A stretch of DNA of 64,000 nucleotides from Octopus bimaculoides. Lineage: Eukaryota. A program made the translations under genes and the position numbers. Location of the stretch: NCBI RefSeq assembly GCF_001194135.2, contig NC_068989.1:60185053-60249052 (forward strand), read 5' to 3'. Positions 39,097 through 52,080 of this stretch are shown here, in pieces (the first letter of the stretch is position 1; every line of letters begins with the position of its first letter). A model generated the notes under the pieces. It did no database searches, was not told the origin of the DNA, and saw only the letters and a program-made list of their open reading frames with translations.

Positions 39097-39146
<50 letters not shown>
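39097..39146. repeat. (CA)n microsatellite
   Basis: Direct reading. Confidence 0.95.
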
Positions 39147-39148
<2 letters not shown>

Positions 39149-39413
39149 GCATATTGAAATGTGTACATAATTACTTTTTTAATTCACACCTCTGTAGTTC
39201 AAAATATTTTCCCATCTAATCGTGTTCAAGTAGCCTCTCGGTAAAAGTAATAATGTTAGATAAGCAAAGAAATATACCATTAATATAATCGATTAAGCCA
39301 TAGTTGCCAAGTATGCCTCCAAGAATTCTAATTTAAAGGACTGAAATGGGAGATGGTTGTAACATTTTCAGTATTCTGATTTTCGGTAGATAAAATCTTC
39401 TTTTGGTACATGC

Positions 39414-39800
39414 TTGTTGTTGTTGGCACTCCATCGCTTACTACGTCGAGAGTTCCAGTTGATCCGATCAACGGAACAGCCTGCTCGTGAAATTAACGTG
39501 CAAGTGACTGAGCACTCCACAGACACGTGTACCCTTAACGTAGTTCTCGGTAATATTCAGCGTGACACAGTGTAACAAGGCTGACCCTTTGAATTACAGG
39601 CACAACAGAAACAGGAAGTAAGAGTGAGAGAAAGTTGTGGTGGAAGAGTACAGCAGGGTTCGCCACCATCCCCTGCCGGAGCGTCGTGGAGCTTTAGGTG
39701 TTTTCGCTCAATAAACACTCACAACGCCCGGTCTGGGAATCGAAACCACCATCCTATGACCGCGAGTTCGCTGCCCTAACCACTGGGCCATTGCGCCTCC
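39414..39800 (-). mobile_element. SINE family A
   Basis: Full length; imperfect TSD tttggtacatg / tttggcacatg. Confidence 0.93.
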
Positions 39801-40272
39801 GCCTTTGGCACATGTAATGAAGGCGAAAAAAGCAAGAGAGAGAAAATAGATGTAGAGAGGAAGGAGAGAGGAAAGAATGATTGCCCATAATACTTCTAGT
39901 GTTCATAATTTTGATTGGGAGATTGAGTTTCTAATGATGGTATATATTAGGATGTTTATTATATGTTAATGAGTAATGATTACTATACGTTAAAGACTAA
40001 TAATTATGTATTAATGACTAATAATCATTAAATGTTAATTACAAATGATATCTATGCCAATGACAAGTAAGTTTTATACTCTAATGACTAATATATTAAT
40101 ATTTTCTAAGAGAGATGAAACAATTATTATTTGCAAGGAGAAAAAAGTGATAGCTTGCAGAATTGTTAGCACGGCGGGCAAAATGATTGGCGGTGTTTTA
40201 TTCGTCTCTACATCCTGAGTTCAATTTCTGTCGAAGTTGACTTTTCTTTCCGGTTCGATAAAATAAATTCTA

Positions 40273-41551
40273 TTGGGTTAGCAACTAAGTTCTCGCCGTT
40301 TAAAAAAAAATTTGTAATTTATTGCGTTTTAAATTTTGGAATCTATTTTTTCGAGACGAGAATTCTATTTTTGAATCATTTTGACTATTTTGTTTTTTTT
40401 TCTAGTTAATTTTAGTTAATTTTTGTTTATTTTCAGATCATTAAGAAAAACGAGCATTTTCGACACCTCCTTCTTTTTGCTTTAAATCAAGGTTCTAAGG
40501 CCGCAAAAGCTGCTCGCGACATTTGTGCTGTGTATGGAGAGGGTACTATTGCTGAAAGAACCGCTCGTGATGGTATGCCGCATTCAAAAATGGAAAGTTT
40601 GACCTCAAAGACGCATCTCGCTCTGGACGTCCAGTTGAGTTCGATGAAGAGGGATTAAACCAACTTTTGCACGAAAACTCTCGTCAAACGACAAGGGGAA
40701 CTGACAGAGAAAATGGAATGCTCTCACACTGCTATAGTGAAGAATCTTCACTCGATGGGAAAGGTTCAGAAGTATGGAGCATGGCTTCTGCATGCTTTAA
40801 GTGACAACAACAAAAATCAGCGAGCCACAATCTCTGTTGGCTTACTTGCCCGTCACTGCTCAACTCATGGACACAAGCAACGATTTCTTCACCGAATCGT
40901 TACCGGCGACGAAAAATTGGTGCCTGTACATCAATATGAAGCAGCGTAAGAAATGGCTTAGCCCCGGTAAACAAGCGACACCGCGCGTGAAACAAGATCC
41001 TCATCCGCGTAAAACGATGTTGTGCGTATGGTGGGACTGGGAAAGGATTATCCATTACAAATTGCTTGAACGGAACCAAGCGGTCAACGCGGAACTCTAT
41101 GTTCAACAGGTGGAACGACACAACACGGCTATTCAAGAGAAAATACCTAATCGGCAGCATGGAGTTCTTCTGCTGCACGACAACGCCCGCCCTCATATCG
41201 CCAATATGACCAAGGAAGCTATTCAAACGCATGGCTGGGAAGTGGTGCCACACCCGCCGTACTCTCCTGATTTGGCACCAACGGATTTCCACCTCTTTCG
41301 ATCTCTTTCAAATGCTATGCGCGGAGTTTCGTTTAATACTGTTGCAGAATTGAGAGCTTGGTTGGATCAATTTTTCGAGTCGAAATCGGATGAATTCTAC
41401 TAACGAGGTATTGAAAATCTTGTTGAACGTTGGGAAGAAGTTGTAAACAACAAGGGTGAATACATTATTGATTAATTAATTGTTATATTTTATTAAACCT
41501 TTTAAAAAATTTAAATTTAGAAAAACAGCGGTAACTTAGTTGCCAACCCAA
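40273..41551 (+). mobile_element. Full-length DD34D mariner, inactivated
   Basis: 29-bp TIRs ttgggttagcaactaagttctcgccgttt and its inverse (4 mismatches), TA flanks, 1279 bp. Confidence 0.95.
40440..41475 (+). pseudogene. Mariner transposase pseudogene
   Basis: EHFRHLLLF...SRSGRP...IVTGDEK / TMLCVWWD / HDNARPH-(34 aa)-YSPDLAPTDFHLF; frameshifts, stop at 41401, no start codon seen. Confidence 0.93.
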
Positions 41552-41725
41552 TAGTTGAACATTGGGGTCGATGTAATCGACTAACTCCTTCTCCCTAAAT
41601 TGCTGGCTCTGTGCTGAAAGCTGAAACCATTACTTGAAGAAAAATATAGAATATGCGCATTATATAAATGAACAATGACATAATTAGAATAACTTCGCTT
41701 TTAGCTCCAAGCAACCTAGAGAAAT

Positions 41726-43880
41726 TATCTGATTCTAGAGCCTTTATAATTAATTGTTTTATTTCACTATTATTTTCATTCTTGAAAGAGAAAATATTTA
41801 AGCTGTATCGAGATATTCACATCCTCCTACAGCTCTGTCTTAATCCATTATATTAATTCCAGATAGTTCTTCAGTTGCCATTTAAAGTATCAAACTCCAA
41901 ATTTTCTTTTCTATTAAAGATAGGTTTACTGTTTGATACGTGAACAGCATTAACTAACACGTAGAAACTGTAAAATTACAAGAGTGATTTTTTTAATGAT
42001 TGTTTCTGAAGTTGAATTATGGAGGGCGGGCTTGAATAATGTTATTTGGTTTTCAATTAGTGCTATGGAGCTTAAATTATTTTGGAATGTTGATTTTCTC
42101 AAAGAATTTAAATTAAGCAGAAATACCCCATATGCGGAGAATTTTAATACCGTAGAAATCTGACTCAATAGCTCACTGTCGATCCCCTGTTGTTAGTATT
42201 CCATTTGGGTGGGGGGGATCCTCTGAGAGAAGCATGAATAACACATCTAATTTCCCAATTTTGCTTCATGACTAAATGGAAAACCTGCATGACACTTCTC
42301 TTGTAGCGCTTCTTTAAAACATATTAGCAGTGACCAGGAGCACTGTCTAGAAACAAGAATACTTTCAGAAATGTAGAAACGTCAGTTCAAAGTGGTCAAA
42401 ATGTATGATTTGATGTTGATGAAAAGATTTCAAATCCGCACTTCATTAGGTTCTGGATCAAGAAGTTTACATACATTTACTACACACTAATTATGAGACA
42501 GTGATAGCTGGTTGAGTAGTAATGATTTTATTATGGTTGCCACCAAAGAACGTAAATGCTGAAGTTTGAAGTGAAATGGTGAGATCAATTCAGATCGATT
42601 TAACATTTGAAATTTTTTGCGGAGAACTTAGCCTTTAGGTTTGTGCCGCAAGTATGTTTGGTGAGCAATTTACACTTCGGAAATATTGCTTTAGTGAAAC
42701 AATGTTAAATTTGTATTTTTTTTTCTCTTGCGTATATATGACAAGAGATGATAATAGGGGAGAAAATGGAAGGTGACAGAGAGCAGACAGAGAAAGAGAG
42801 AGAGAGAGATAGAAAGAGAGGAGTGAAAATAATAATTCTGTTGTCCTTTTTGACTTTGGCTTGAGAGTTTGGATTTGAAATGACTGTAAACAATTTTAAT
42901 GGTCCCTGTCAATGACTAATATATCAAAGAGTTTAACATACCATATAATGTAAATGAAAAGAAAATCTTAACATAAAATATAAAATATGCTTATTACTTA
43001 TATAAACTATGAAAATTAAAATTCTTTTCTTTTCTAGGCAAAAGGCCCGAAATTTTGGGGGAGGGGGGTCAGTCGATTAGACCGACCCAGTACGCAACTG
43101 ATACTTAATTTATCGAATTAGAAGGGATGAAAGGCATATTCGACCTCGGCAGAATTTGAACTCAGAACATAAAGACAGACGAAATACTGCTAAACATTTC
43201 GCCCGGCCAGCTAACGTTTCTGTTAACCAGCCTCCTTGTATGACAATTAAAATTACAGACTGGCTTTTACCTTCAGCCACCGAGTGTATATATCTGATTC
43301 AAGAGCCTGCATTTTATTTCATTATCCTCTTTATTCTTCAAACTAAAAATAAAAATCATTGTTACGAAGTCTTTTCATTTTTCTACAGCTTTGCCTTAAT
43401 TCATTATATTAATTCCAGATAGTTCTTATGTTACTTCTTAAAGTATCAGACTGCACATTTCCTTTTTTATTAACGATAGGTTTACTGTTTGATACGTGAG
43501 CAACATTAACTAACACAGAGAGAATGTAAAATTGCAAGAGATATTATTTTTAATGATTGTTTCTGAAATTGAATTATAGAGGACGGGCTTGCATAATGTT
43601 ATTTGGTTTTTCAATTAATGTTATTGAGCTTAAACTATTTTAGAATGTTAATTTTTGTAAAGAATTTAAATGCGGTAGAAACGCATGCAAAACAAACTTT
43701 TGTCGATTCAACAAATCACGGTTGTTCCCCCAACTGTCACAATTTCCTTTTATTTAGTGGGGGAAAATCGTTAGAAAAATAACGAGCAGTAAAATTCTAA
43801 TTTCGGTTTATGCTTCAAGACTAAATGAAAAATATATGAGAAACTATTTCAGTAGTCGCTTTCGAATATATTAACCGTTA
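41726..43880 (+). repeat. Old dispersed direct duplication (about 600 bp: 41726-42330 vs 43291-43880)
   Basis: Shared blocks such as cattatattaattccagatagttctt and gataggtttactgtttgatacgtga at an offset of about 1556 bp; many substitutions. Confidence 0.8.
43034..43238 (-). mobile_element. SINE family B
   Basis: Collinear copy. Confidence 0.75.
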
Positions 43881-44374
43881 CAATGACTACAGTTGAAAAA
43901 CCGGTATAAAAGTGCTTTAGATGCATGAGTTACTGTGGATGAAAATGAGATATAAGATTGTAAATCAGGTTAACATTGATGGAAAGAAAAAGCCTACTAG
44001 AATATTTAGAGAACAGCACAGAGTCTGGCTCAGAGTCATTAAACAAATTCTAGATATTGTGACTGAGTGCATAACCTTAGGTCAACCTTGATCAAAGATA
44101 CCTGGAGTTAGAGAGATTCCGGCCAGGAACATCTCTTCCTTCTCTCCTTCATAGATTATCTACTGTGTTATGTTCTATTATGTCGTTCTTATTTTTTCAA
44201 GAGAGTTGAAGGTGATTTGAGAGAGATTTAGCTGTTGTTTCTAGCAGGTTGGGCATCCACGTAAATGTACACCCTTTTCGACTCGAATAATTACTAGTCA
44301 AGTAATTAGCGTGATTTAATACATCACAAATGACTAGGTTTCTGATGCAAAAAATTATTGCTTTTTTTTAAAAG

Positions 44375-44588
44375 AAGGTGGCTTAGTGGCGTCGTTAGAG
44401 CGCCGGGACAATGCTTTGCGGTATTTAATCCGGCTCTTTACATTCTTAGTTCAAATTCTATCGAGGTAAGCTTTCAATTCCATCCTTCCAAGGTCGATAA
44501 GATAAAGTAATCGACAAGTACTGGAACAAATTTAATGAACTAACCCCAGGCCGACTAAATTTCAGGTTCTTTGCTTATTTCAGAAACA
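44375..44588 (+). mobile_element. Diverged SINE family B
   Basis: cgttagagcgccggg...agttcaaattctatcgaggt...ccatccttccaaggtcgataag. Confidence 0.6.
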
Positions 44589-44975
44589 ATTATTATATAT
44601 TATTAACAATCTTCTATCACTAAATATTGTGTTTGAATTTAATTGATGAGAAATTGCCAAAAACAATTTTTTTTTCATTTTGTTATGAAATATGTACAGG
44701 ATATTGCAAGTAAAAAAGAGTCAACTGACTCAACAAACTGAGTTCTCAGATGTATTGGCCTAAATTTCTTCTGAAATATTTTCAGGATATATTTCTGCAT
44801 GTCTGGAATTTAAGAAATTCCATGGAGCATTGAAGTTTTTAGTTACGTCTTTTTTCACGTTTGGAATTCGAATCCTTCCTAGATAGACTTTACACTTCAT
44901 CCTTTTTGTATCGATAAAATAAGTAGTAGCCATGTATACGGATCGATTTACGCGGTCACCCCACTGCCAAAATGT

Positions 44976-45347
44976 GGAGGCGCAATGGCCCAGTGGTTAG
45001 GGAAGTGGACTCGCGGTCATAGGATCGCGGTTTCGATTCCCAGACCGGGCGTTTTAAGTGTTTATTGAACGAAAACACCTAAGGCTCCGGCAGCGGATGG
45101 TGGCGAACCCTGCTGTACTCTTTCACCAGAACTTTTTCTCACTCTTACTTCCTGTTTCTGTTGTGCCTGTAATTCAAAGGGTCAGCCTTGTCACACTGTG
45201 TCACGCTGAATATCCCCGAGAACTACGTTAAGGGTACACGTGCCTGTGGAGTGCTCAGCCACTTGCACGTTAATTTCATGAGCAGGCTGTTCCGTTGATC
45301 GGATCAACTGGAACCCTCGACGTAGTAAGCGACGGAGTGCCAACAAC
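44976..45347 (+). mobile_element. SINE family A
   Basis: Full head and tail, small internal deletion, no clear TSD. Confidence 0.92.
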
Positions 45348-47348
45348 TTACAAATTTAAATGTTCAAATAAGCTAGAATAGTAGTTATACCTCTGATCGT
45401 AGGTTTTTCTTCTCGATCTGGGTTTATCTAGGGCTAATAAACAATACTTTTGAAAAGCTTTGAATAATTGTGTTTTTGTTGTTTTAACGAATGGAAATGT
45501 TTAGTACCTTTAACTTGTAATTGATACATGTACAAATGTTTGCCAATGCTTCAATAGTTTTTGAACAGTCAATGATCTATTCTGATCAAAGAATCCACCA
45601 TCTTATTATTCTTCTTCGACAGATGAAGTTGTCAACACACAAATCAAATAAAATGTGAGTAATTTATCTCTTCAACAGTTCAGTGCAGCTAAAATAGTCG
45701 ATTCTATTTCTGTAGTGCTAGATACACATGCATATCTAATTCATTTGCATATAGAAGGAAATGATTTCACCCCCAGACATTGAGTCAATAACAATGCCTA
45801 CGTTACACATGAAAGTAAACATTTAGTCCTTGAAGTAATTATTCTCATCAATGAATTTGAGTATAAAATTACTTTTCCTAAAAGGAAAGTTGGTTGGAAT
45901 GCTGGTCTTTTATACATGATTAAACAGGAATGATACGGCATCGATATCAAGCTTTTAAAATTTAAATTGAACTGCTTTAATTATGTGGGCGATAAAATCT
46001 TGCTAACACAATCTTAGCAGGAGTTTCTATTTAAATTGAAATATAGGCCACATTGTGTATCAGACAGAAGCAAATTACCACAAATCGAGCAGTGTTGATA
46101 CATGAAAATATTAGACGGTGAACACGAGCTGATAAACAGTAGAATAAATAATCAGAATGGCGGGGAGAATTCCTTCAGGTAGTTATTCTGGATCTCTAAT
46201 CTTTGAGTTCAAATCCTACCATGCCTGTCATAATTCTGTTGTCCATAAGTACCAGACAATTACCGGAGTCGATTATTTCCCCTTTTCTTTCTTCATTGCT
46301 GTACCTTGAATTCAGCAAGATTGCATCGTGGTAAAGATCACGAGACCCTACTAGTATCCTTGTTTTAGCATTAGAGTTGGGTTGAACGAGTGTCTAGCAT
46401 GCACTTATCTCACAGAAATACTTATATACTAATGAAATCATCCAAACATGGAATTCTGTAGACAGAAAATAAAGTAAGTTTGTAGATATGATTCACTTGA
46501 TTAAAAGATGCTTTCAATTTTGTAATATTTAAATTCCTTCATATTCGCTCAACTAATATATTTTAGATGCAATGTCTTGGAAAAGTAGTAATGTTGAACA
46601 TTTACTTTGTATTTGAGAATAATTAATACAAAAGAGTCGACTAATAATTTTAATTCATTCACTGTTAGCTAAGACAAATTGTAATTCTTCATGTCTTGGG
46701 TAAACCAAATTATTAATTTGTATATATTATTCTCTTTATGATGCAATATACAAGAGTCATGAAATAGTGACATCCGTTTAAAGTATATGTGAAGTTATTC
46801 CGTAAGAGAAGAACTGGAGGATCAGAGCAACAGTTTGCAACTTTGCTCGATGGAGTGGTGATGCTAAATTGCCTCTGAGCGATAACAATTGAATACCTCC
46901 AAGTCAGATCTGTAGCCGGATCCAAATCGTTTTCCAAGAGTCTCAAACTCAAGGTACATGGCTCAACTAGGCGGGCGCAGTTTGCCCGTCACATTTCGAA
47001 GCGAGCAGTGACGTTCTCATACCTGACGTATTCAAAGTGAACAGCTCGACTTGCCATTCGGAATGACGTGCTCAGTAGAGTAGCGACCACGCTGCTATCC
47101 AGTTTCTTGTCACGAACGACTCGATTCGCAGTCCGAATGAGTTGGAGATAAAATACCAGGTGTCAGCTATGTTCTTGAGGTGTATGCCAGTGTTTTTGTA
47201 TGGATGTAGAATTGGGTTTGAATAGTACGCCAATGTAGAAGTTTTTTTTTGTTTTTGGTTTTATGTATCTTTTCTGTTTTTGCGTGAACAATATGGAAAT
47301 ATAGAATATAAATTGTGCTATTTTGTTGCATTATAATGTGTTTTGTGT

Positions 47349-47731
47349 GGAGGCGCAATGGCTCAGTGGTTAAGGCAGCGGACTCGCGGTCATAGGGATC
47401 GCGGTTTCGATTCCCAGACCGGGCGTTGTGAGTGTTTATTGAGCGAAAACACCTAAAGCTCTACGAGGCTCCGGCAGGGTATGGTGGCGAACCCTGCTGT
47501 ACTCTTCCACCACAACTTTCTCTCACTCTTACTTCCTGTTTCTATTGTACCTGTAATTCAAACGGTCAGCCTTGTCACACTGTGTCGCGCTGAATATCCC
47601 CGAGAACTACGTTAAGGGTACACGTGTCTGTGGAGTGCTCAGCCACTTGCACGTTAAAATCACGAGCAGGCTGTTGCGTTGATCGGATCAACTGGAACCC
47701 TCGACGTCGTAAGCGACGGAGTGCCAACAAC
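47349..47731 (+). mobile_element. SINE family A
   Basis: Full length; 12-bp TSD aatgtgttttgt (47335-47346, 47732-47743). Confidence 0.95.
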
Positions 47732-48301
47732 AATGTGTTTTGTATGTACTAAGTGAATCGTATTTTATGTTTTAGTGTCGGGTGGTGATTATACAGAGTG
47801 TATGTTGGGTAGATTATGTCGGCTAAGTTGCATTATTGGGTGCAGAGGTGTTCGTATTCTTTTATTACACAAGCGCGTGTATTCCCGTTTGTATCAACTG
47901 AAATATTTCCTCTATCATATTTTCTATTCGTCATTTGCGTTTGTAAAATGATCGCTCTTCACTATTATTGTTACTTGATATTTTGTGTTTCTTATTTACT
48001 TTTACTGTGTATCCGTTGGATTATACAATATGTCGTATACAACACAAATACAGCGTTCTTATTTATCGTATTTTTGTGGTGTGGATTGTGTTATGTGAAG
48101 TTCCCTTTGTATTTATCTTTTTATATATTTCATATTTCCTGTTCAGTTAAATTTACTCATGATTATTATTAAATGTCTCTGCGTTTGATAATTTTATACT
48201 TTTCATTTGTGTGCAATTCTTTTCACTAGATTGGTAATAAATGACAATCAGCAATAATCATTAATATCATTGAATCTGATAATATCAATAATAAGAATAT
48301 C

Positions 48302-48845
48302 GAAGGCAGCGAGCAGGCAGAATAGTTAGCATGCCGGGCGAAATGCTTAGCTGTATTTCGTTTGTCTTTACGTTCTGAGTTCAAATTCCGCCGAGGTTGA
48401 CTTTGCCTTTCATCCTTACGGGGTCGATAAACTAAGTACCAGTTGCGTACTGGGGTCGATCTAATCGACTGGCCCTCTTCCCCCAAATTTCGGGCCTTGT
48501 GCCTAGAGTAGAAAAGAATCGTTAGCAAGCTGAGCAAAATGCTTAGCAGCATTTCGTCTGTCTTTACGTTCTGAGTTCAAATGCCACCGAGGTCCAAGTT
48601 ACCTTTCATCATTTCGGGGTCGATAAAATATGTATCAGTCGATGTAATCAACACACTCCTCCTCCGAACTTGCTGTCCTTGTGCCATAATTTGAAGTCAA
48701 TATTAGGAATATCCAGATGGCGCTGAGATCGACTTTGCCTTTCATTCTTTCGGGGTCGATTAAATAAGTACTGGTTGAACACTGGGGTTGCCTCCCTGAA
48801 ATTGTTTGCCGTGTGCCAACATATGAAACCAATATTAGGAATATC
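48302..48845 (+). mobile_element. Head-to-tail trimer of SINE family B
   Basis: Unit 1 full (48302-48519), unit 2 starts at agaatcgttagc (to 48713), unit 3 starts at about gagatcgactttgcc (to 48845). Confidence 0.85.
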
Positions 48846-50391
48846 AATAACTTTATCAGTTTCCTCGAGTTTGTGTTGCAAAAGTCCTCCATAATATACT
48901 GTAATTGTTTAGAAAAAGACTTTCAAAATTTTTATTATATTCTTACCATATAATCCAGCTCTGAATTTTGTTCTACTTTGATTATTGGTAGATGAACATT
49001 TTGTTTACAGGGCAACAGTGGTCGAGAAAATAAATCTGCAATCCAATGCATTCTTGTCAGACCATTCCATTTTTCTCACATCAAGTACTACATACATGGG
49101 GCAAACGATAGCGTGAGATTTGAGGGAAATTTTGTTGTGTCTTCTGTTTCTTTTTGGGTGGCGGGAGATTATTTTCAAAAGGCATACTTCTGAAAATAAA
49201 ATTGCTTTTTTTCCTTATTAGTGTATCTCTGAAATCAATCATCCGAGGGGAATCGTTATTTTTTATGGATCCAAATGTCTGAAATGTTGATCGTTATTTC
49301 AGTTAAACTTATGTGACTCTTGATATATCCTGTAGGCCTATCTAATATTTATGGAAGTGACATCCAGGTTATCTTCAATAATTTATTGTGCCTTGTCTCC
49401 ATCTTAGGTTTTGATTTAAAATACAAATATTGTATTGTAAGTCAGAGACTCCTTTCTTCTGCAAGAAAACAGTGTTTATTTAAACTGACGTCGTCAGTAA
49501 ATAAAAAAATAACAAATAGATAGAGAGAGGGGAATTCCAAGGTTGGGAAGAAAGGTATCGTTTCCTTCTATATATTAGTTACGTAATTACATAATATACG
49601 TTGACACATAAAAGCTGCTATTTTAAAGTGTTGGTATGTGCTTTATACATCTGTTCTAGGTAGCTTCGTTAGATTCTTAAAGATACACTGTGTGTTCGCA
49701 TACATTGACAACTTTCTAGTTAAACTCCACAGCACGTAACTGTAATGTAGTTGTAGTAGTACCTTGTGCTGGGGTTTAGGCTCAGATTAGCCCTGATTGA
49801 ACATAGTGTTAAAAAGTATTCCTTTCATGCAACCATCCATTGCTTCTTTTTCATTGTTTCAATGCGCGTTACTTTTAAAAGCACTGATGTGTTATACGCA
49901 ATATCTAGCAACTCAAGCAACCACTTAGACTTTCCCTCCATTCTGCAACCGTGCAAAATCCCTAACTACCATATTCAGTATAGTAGTATATACATTAACA
50001 CTTTCATTGTCATAGTCATTAAGCCAATCGGCAACATTAATAATATTACAATTATTCTATTTGCTATCACCATTTTCCCTTTAAACGTCATAACAAAATA
50101 AATTGTCACACTCAGTTTTACACCTTCGATCTTCACCTTCTTGAAACAGTGTCGTTTGTCTGATGCAGTGTGTGTTATTATCTTCTATAAAACTGTTTTC
50201 GTTTCTGATTCGATGAAATTTAAGTATAGTTGTTACCAATACCTAGGTATTAATTAGGAAGCATTTACAGTAGACTTCTAAGGGCACTAGAAAACATTTA
50301 GAATGATCTTTCCCTTCTACTAAGTTCTCTCTCTCGTTTCCACAAGGCAAACGTTTATCTTTTGATGTATGCAATATCATTGTCAAACTGT

Positions 50392-50500
50392 CAGCCACCT
50401 CACTCTCTTCGACGCAAAAGGTTTCGCTGGGAAAGCTGACACTCTCTGAACCACTATAGAACGTCAAAGTGAAGTTCTATCGATGGTGATGTCTAACTGG
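50392..50500 (-). mobile_element. Inverted fragment homologous to the L1/Tx1-like remnant at 51271-51377
   Basis: Reverse complement ccagttagac...agaacttcactttgacgttctatagtgg...gcgtcgaagagagtgaggtggctg aligns to 51271-51377. Confidence 0.7.
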
Positions 50501-50999
50501 CGGAGACATGTGAGCGAGTAACAAAATTCTAGATTCCAACGCCTAGTCTCGGTGACAGTCTAACCTAAGACTGCTTTGCAAAGGAAAAGGGCTGTAACAA
50601 AACATGATTGTGTATGCTTACAGTCAAGGAATCTTTGAAGATGCTATAGCCTCAGTACATATTTGCGCATTAACAACCACGGTACTGAGAGAACGCATGT
50701 TGGACGGATGGGAACTCTTATGCCAAGCAGAGAGGAGTTAACTTAATCACACACACACACACACACACACACANNNNNNNNNNNNNNNNNNNNNNNNNNN
50801 NNNNNNNNNNNNNNNNNNNNNNNNNNNNNNNNNNNNNNNNNNNNNNNNNNNNNNNNNNNNNNNNNNNNNNNNNNNNNNNNNNNNNNNNNNNNNNNNNNNN
50901 NNNNNNNNNNNNNNNNNNNNNNNNNNNNNNNNNNNNNNNNNNNNNNNNNACACACACACACACACACACACACTTTGACGTAGATTCCAGTTCCAACAT

Positions 51000-52080
51000 T
51001 GTTAAATTATTCTTCTTCTTTATGTGGAAGGGACACGTTCCACTAATCGGGAGGTGCATTTGTAGATTACTGCCCGACCAATATACCGAGCTCTTCCTGT
51101 CTGGCATACGAGTTCCTGTCTGCCCAGCATACGAGCCCTCCGTGCCGTGGTGCTAATTTAGTAGATATTATTCCTTGACTGTAAACGTATGCAGTCGAAT
51201 TTTGTCATAGCCCATTTCCTTGGAAGAGACCTAGACTTGGCGTTTGAATCTGAAATCTGACCGGTCTGTACCAGTTAGACAATGCCATCAACAGAACTTC
51301 ATTTTGGCGTTCTATGGTGGGGGAGAGCGCCAGTTTTCTCGGCGAAACTCTAGGCGTCGAAGGGAGTGAGGTGGCTGTTCTTTCCGAGAGAACCTTTGGT
51401 TCAGGAACTATGGATAACTCCCAGAAATGCATGACCTAGCAGTGTTACCTGGGAGCATTGCCGATTCGATACAATCTCTATAGGCATTGGAGTGCCGCTT
51501 GCCGTGTCTGTCCGAGATGCACGCGGAGTAAGAAAACTGTTTTACATGCATTCTTCAAGTATCCAAACACTACTAATACTACTAATTTGTGGAGGTTATC
51601 GAACAGTAATTGACGTGAGTAGGATAGGTTCATTTATTGGCCCAGTCCATCGTAAAATTTACCCCACTACCTTCCCAGGGAAGGCAGCTATAGCGAACGA
51701 GGGTGTGTAGTGGACGCTTAAGGATTTGAGCAATCCCTCAAGAGGATGGCGAAGATAAAAAGGGATGTGCTGCCACTCAGTAAAATCTTTGAATGATGAA
51801 TGATAGCCAAAATGTTGTAAACGGGCCTACTTGAAATTTCTGCAGCCTACACCGCGCAGGCAAGGAAACAAAATATAGAAGAGGGCTCTTGACCTTAGTG
51901 GTCAGGTTTTGTAAACTTTCCTTGATAGGTTCTACGCAGCTACCCTTCCTACTGGAGATGTTGATTGCTGGAATTTTGCTGTTTTGTTATTGCTTCTTTA
52001 CACGACATATGCAACATTCTTGCATTTTGCCTCTTGTACTGTCTTTGTATCCTTTGAGCCTTCATAGTTCATAAAAAAAC
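51000..52080 (+). mobile_element. L1/Tx1-like LINE 3' remnant
   Basis: QCYLGALPIRYNLYRH...CPRC (51509-51520)...KTVLHAFF resembles the C-terminal zinc-binding region of L1/Tx1 ORF2; T-rich 3' UTR ending in an A-run near 52072. Confidence 0.65.

Larger units (their letters stand above)
40152..41630 (+). mobile_element. SINE family B split by a mariner insertion
   Basis: 5' half 40152-40272 ends gataaaataaattcTA; 3' half resumes TAgttgaacattggggtcgatgtaatcgact at 41552. Confidence 0.75.
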
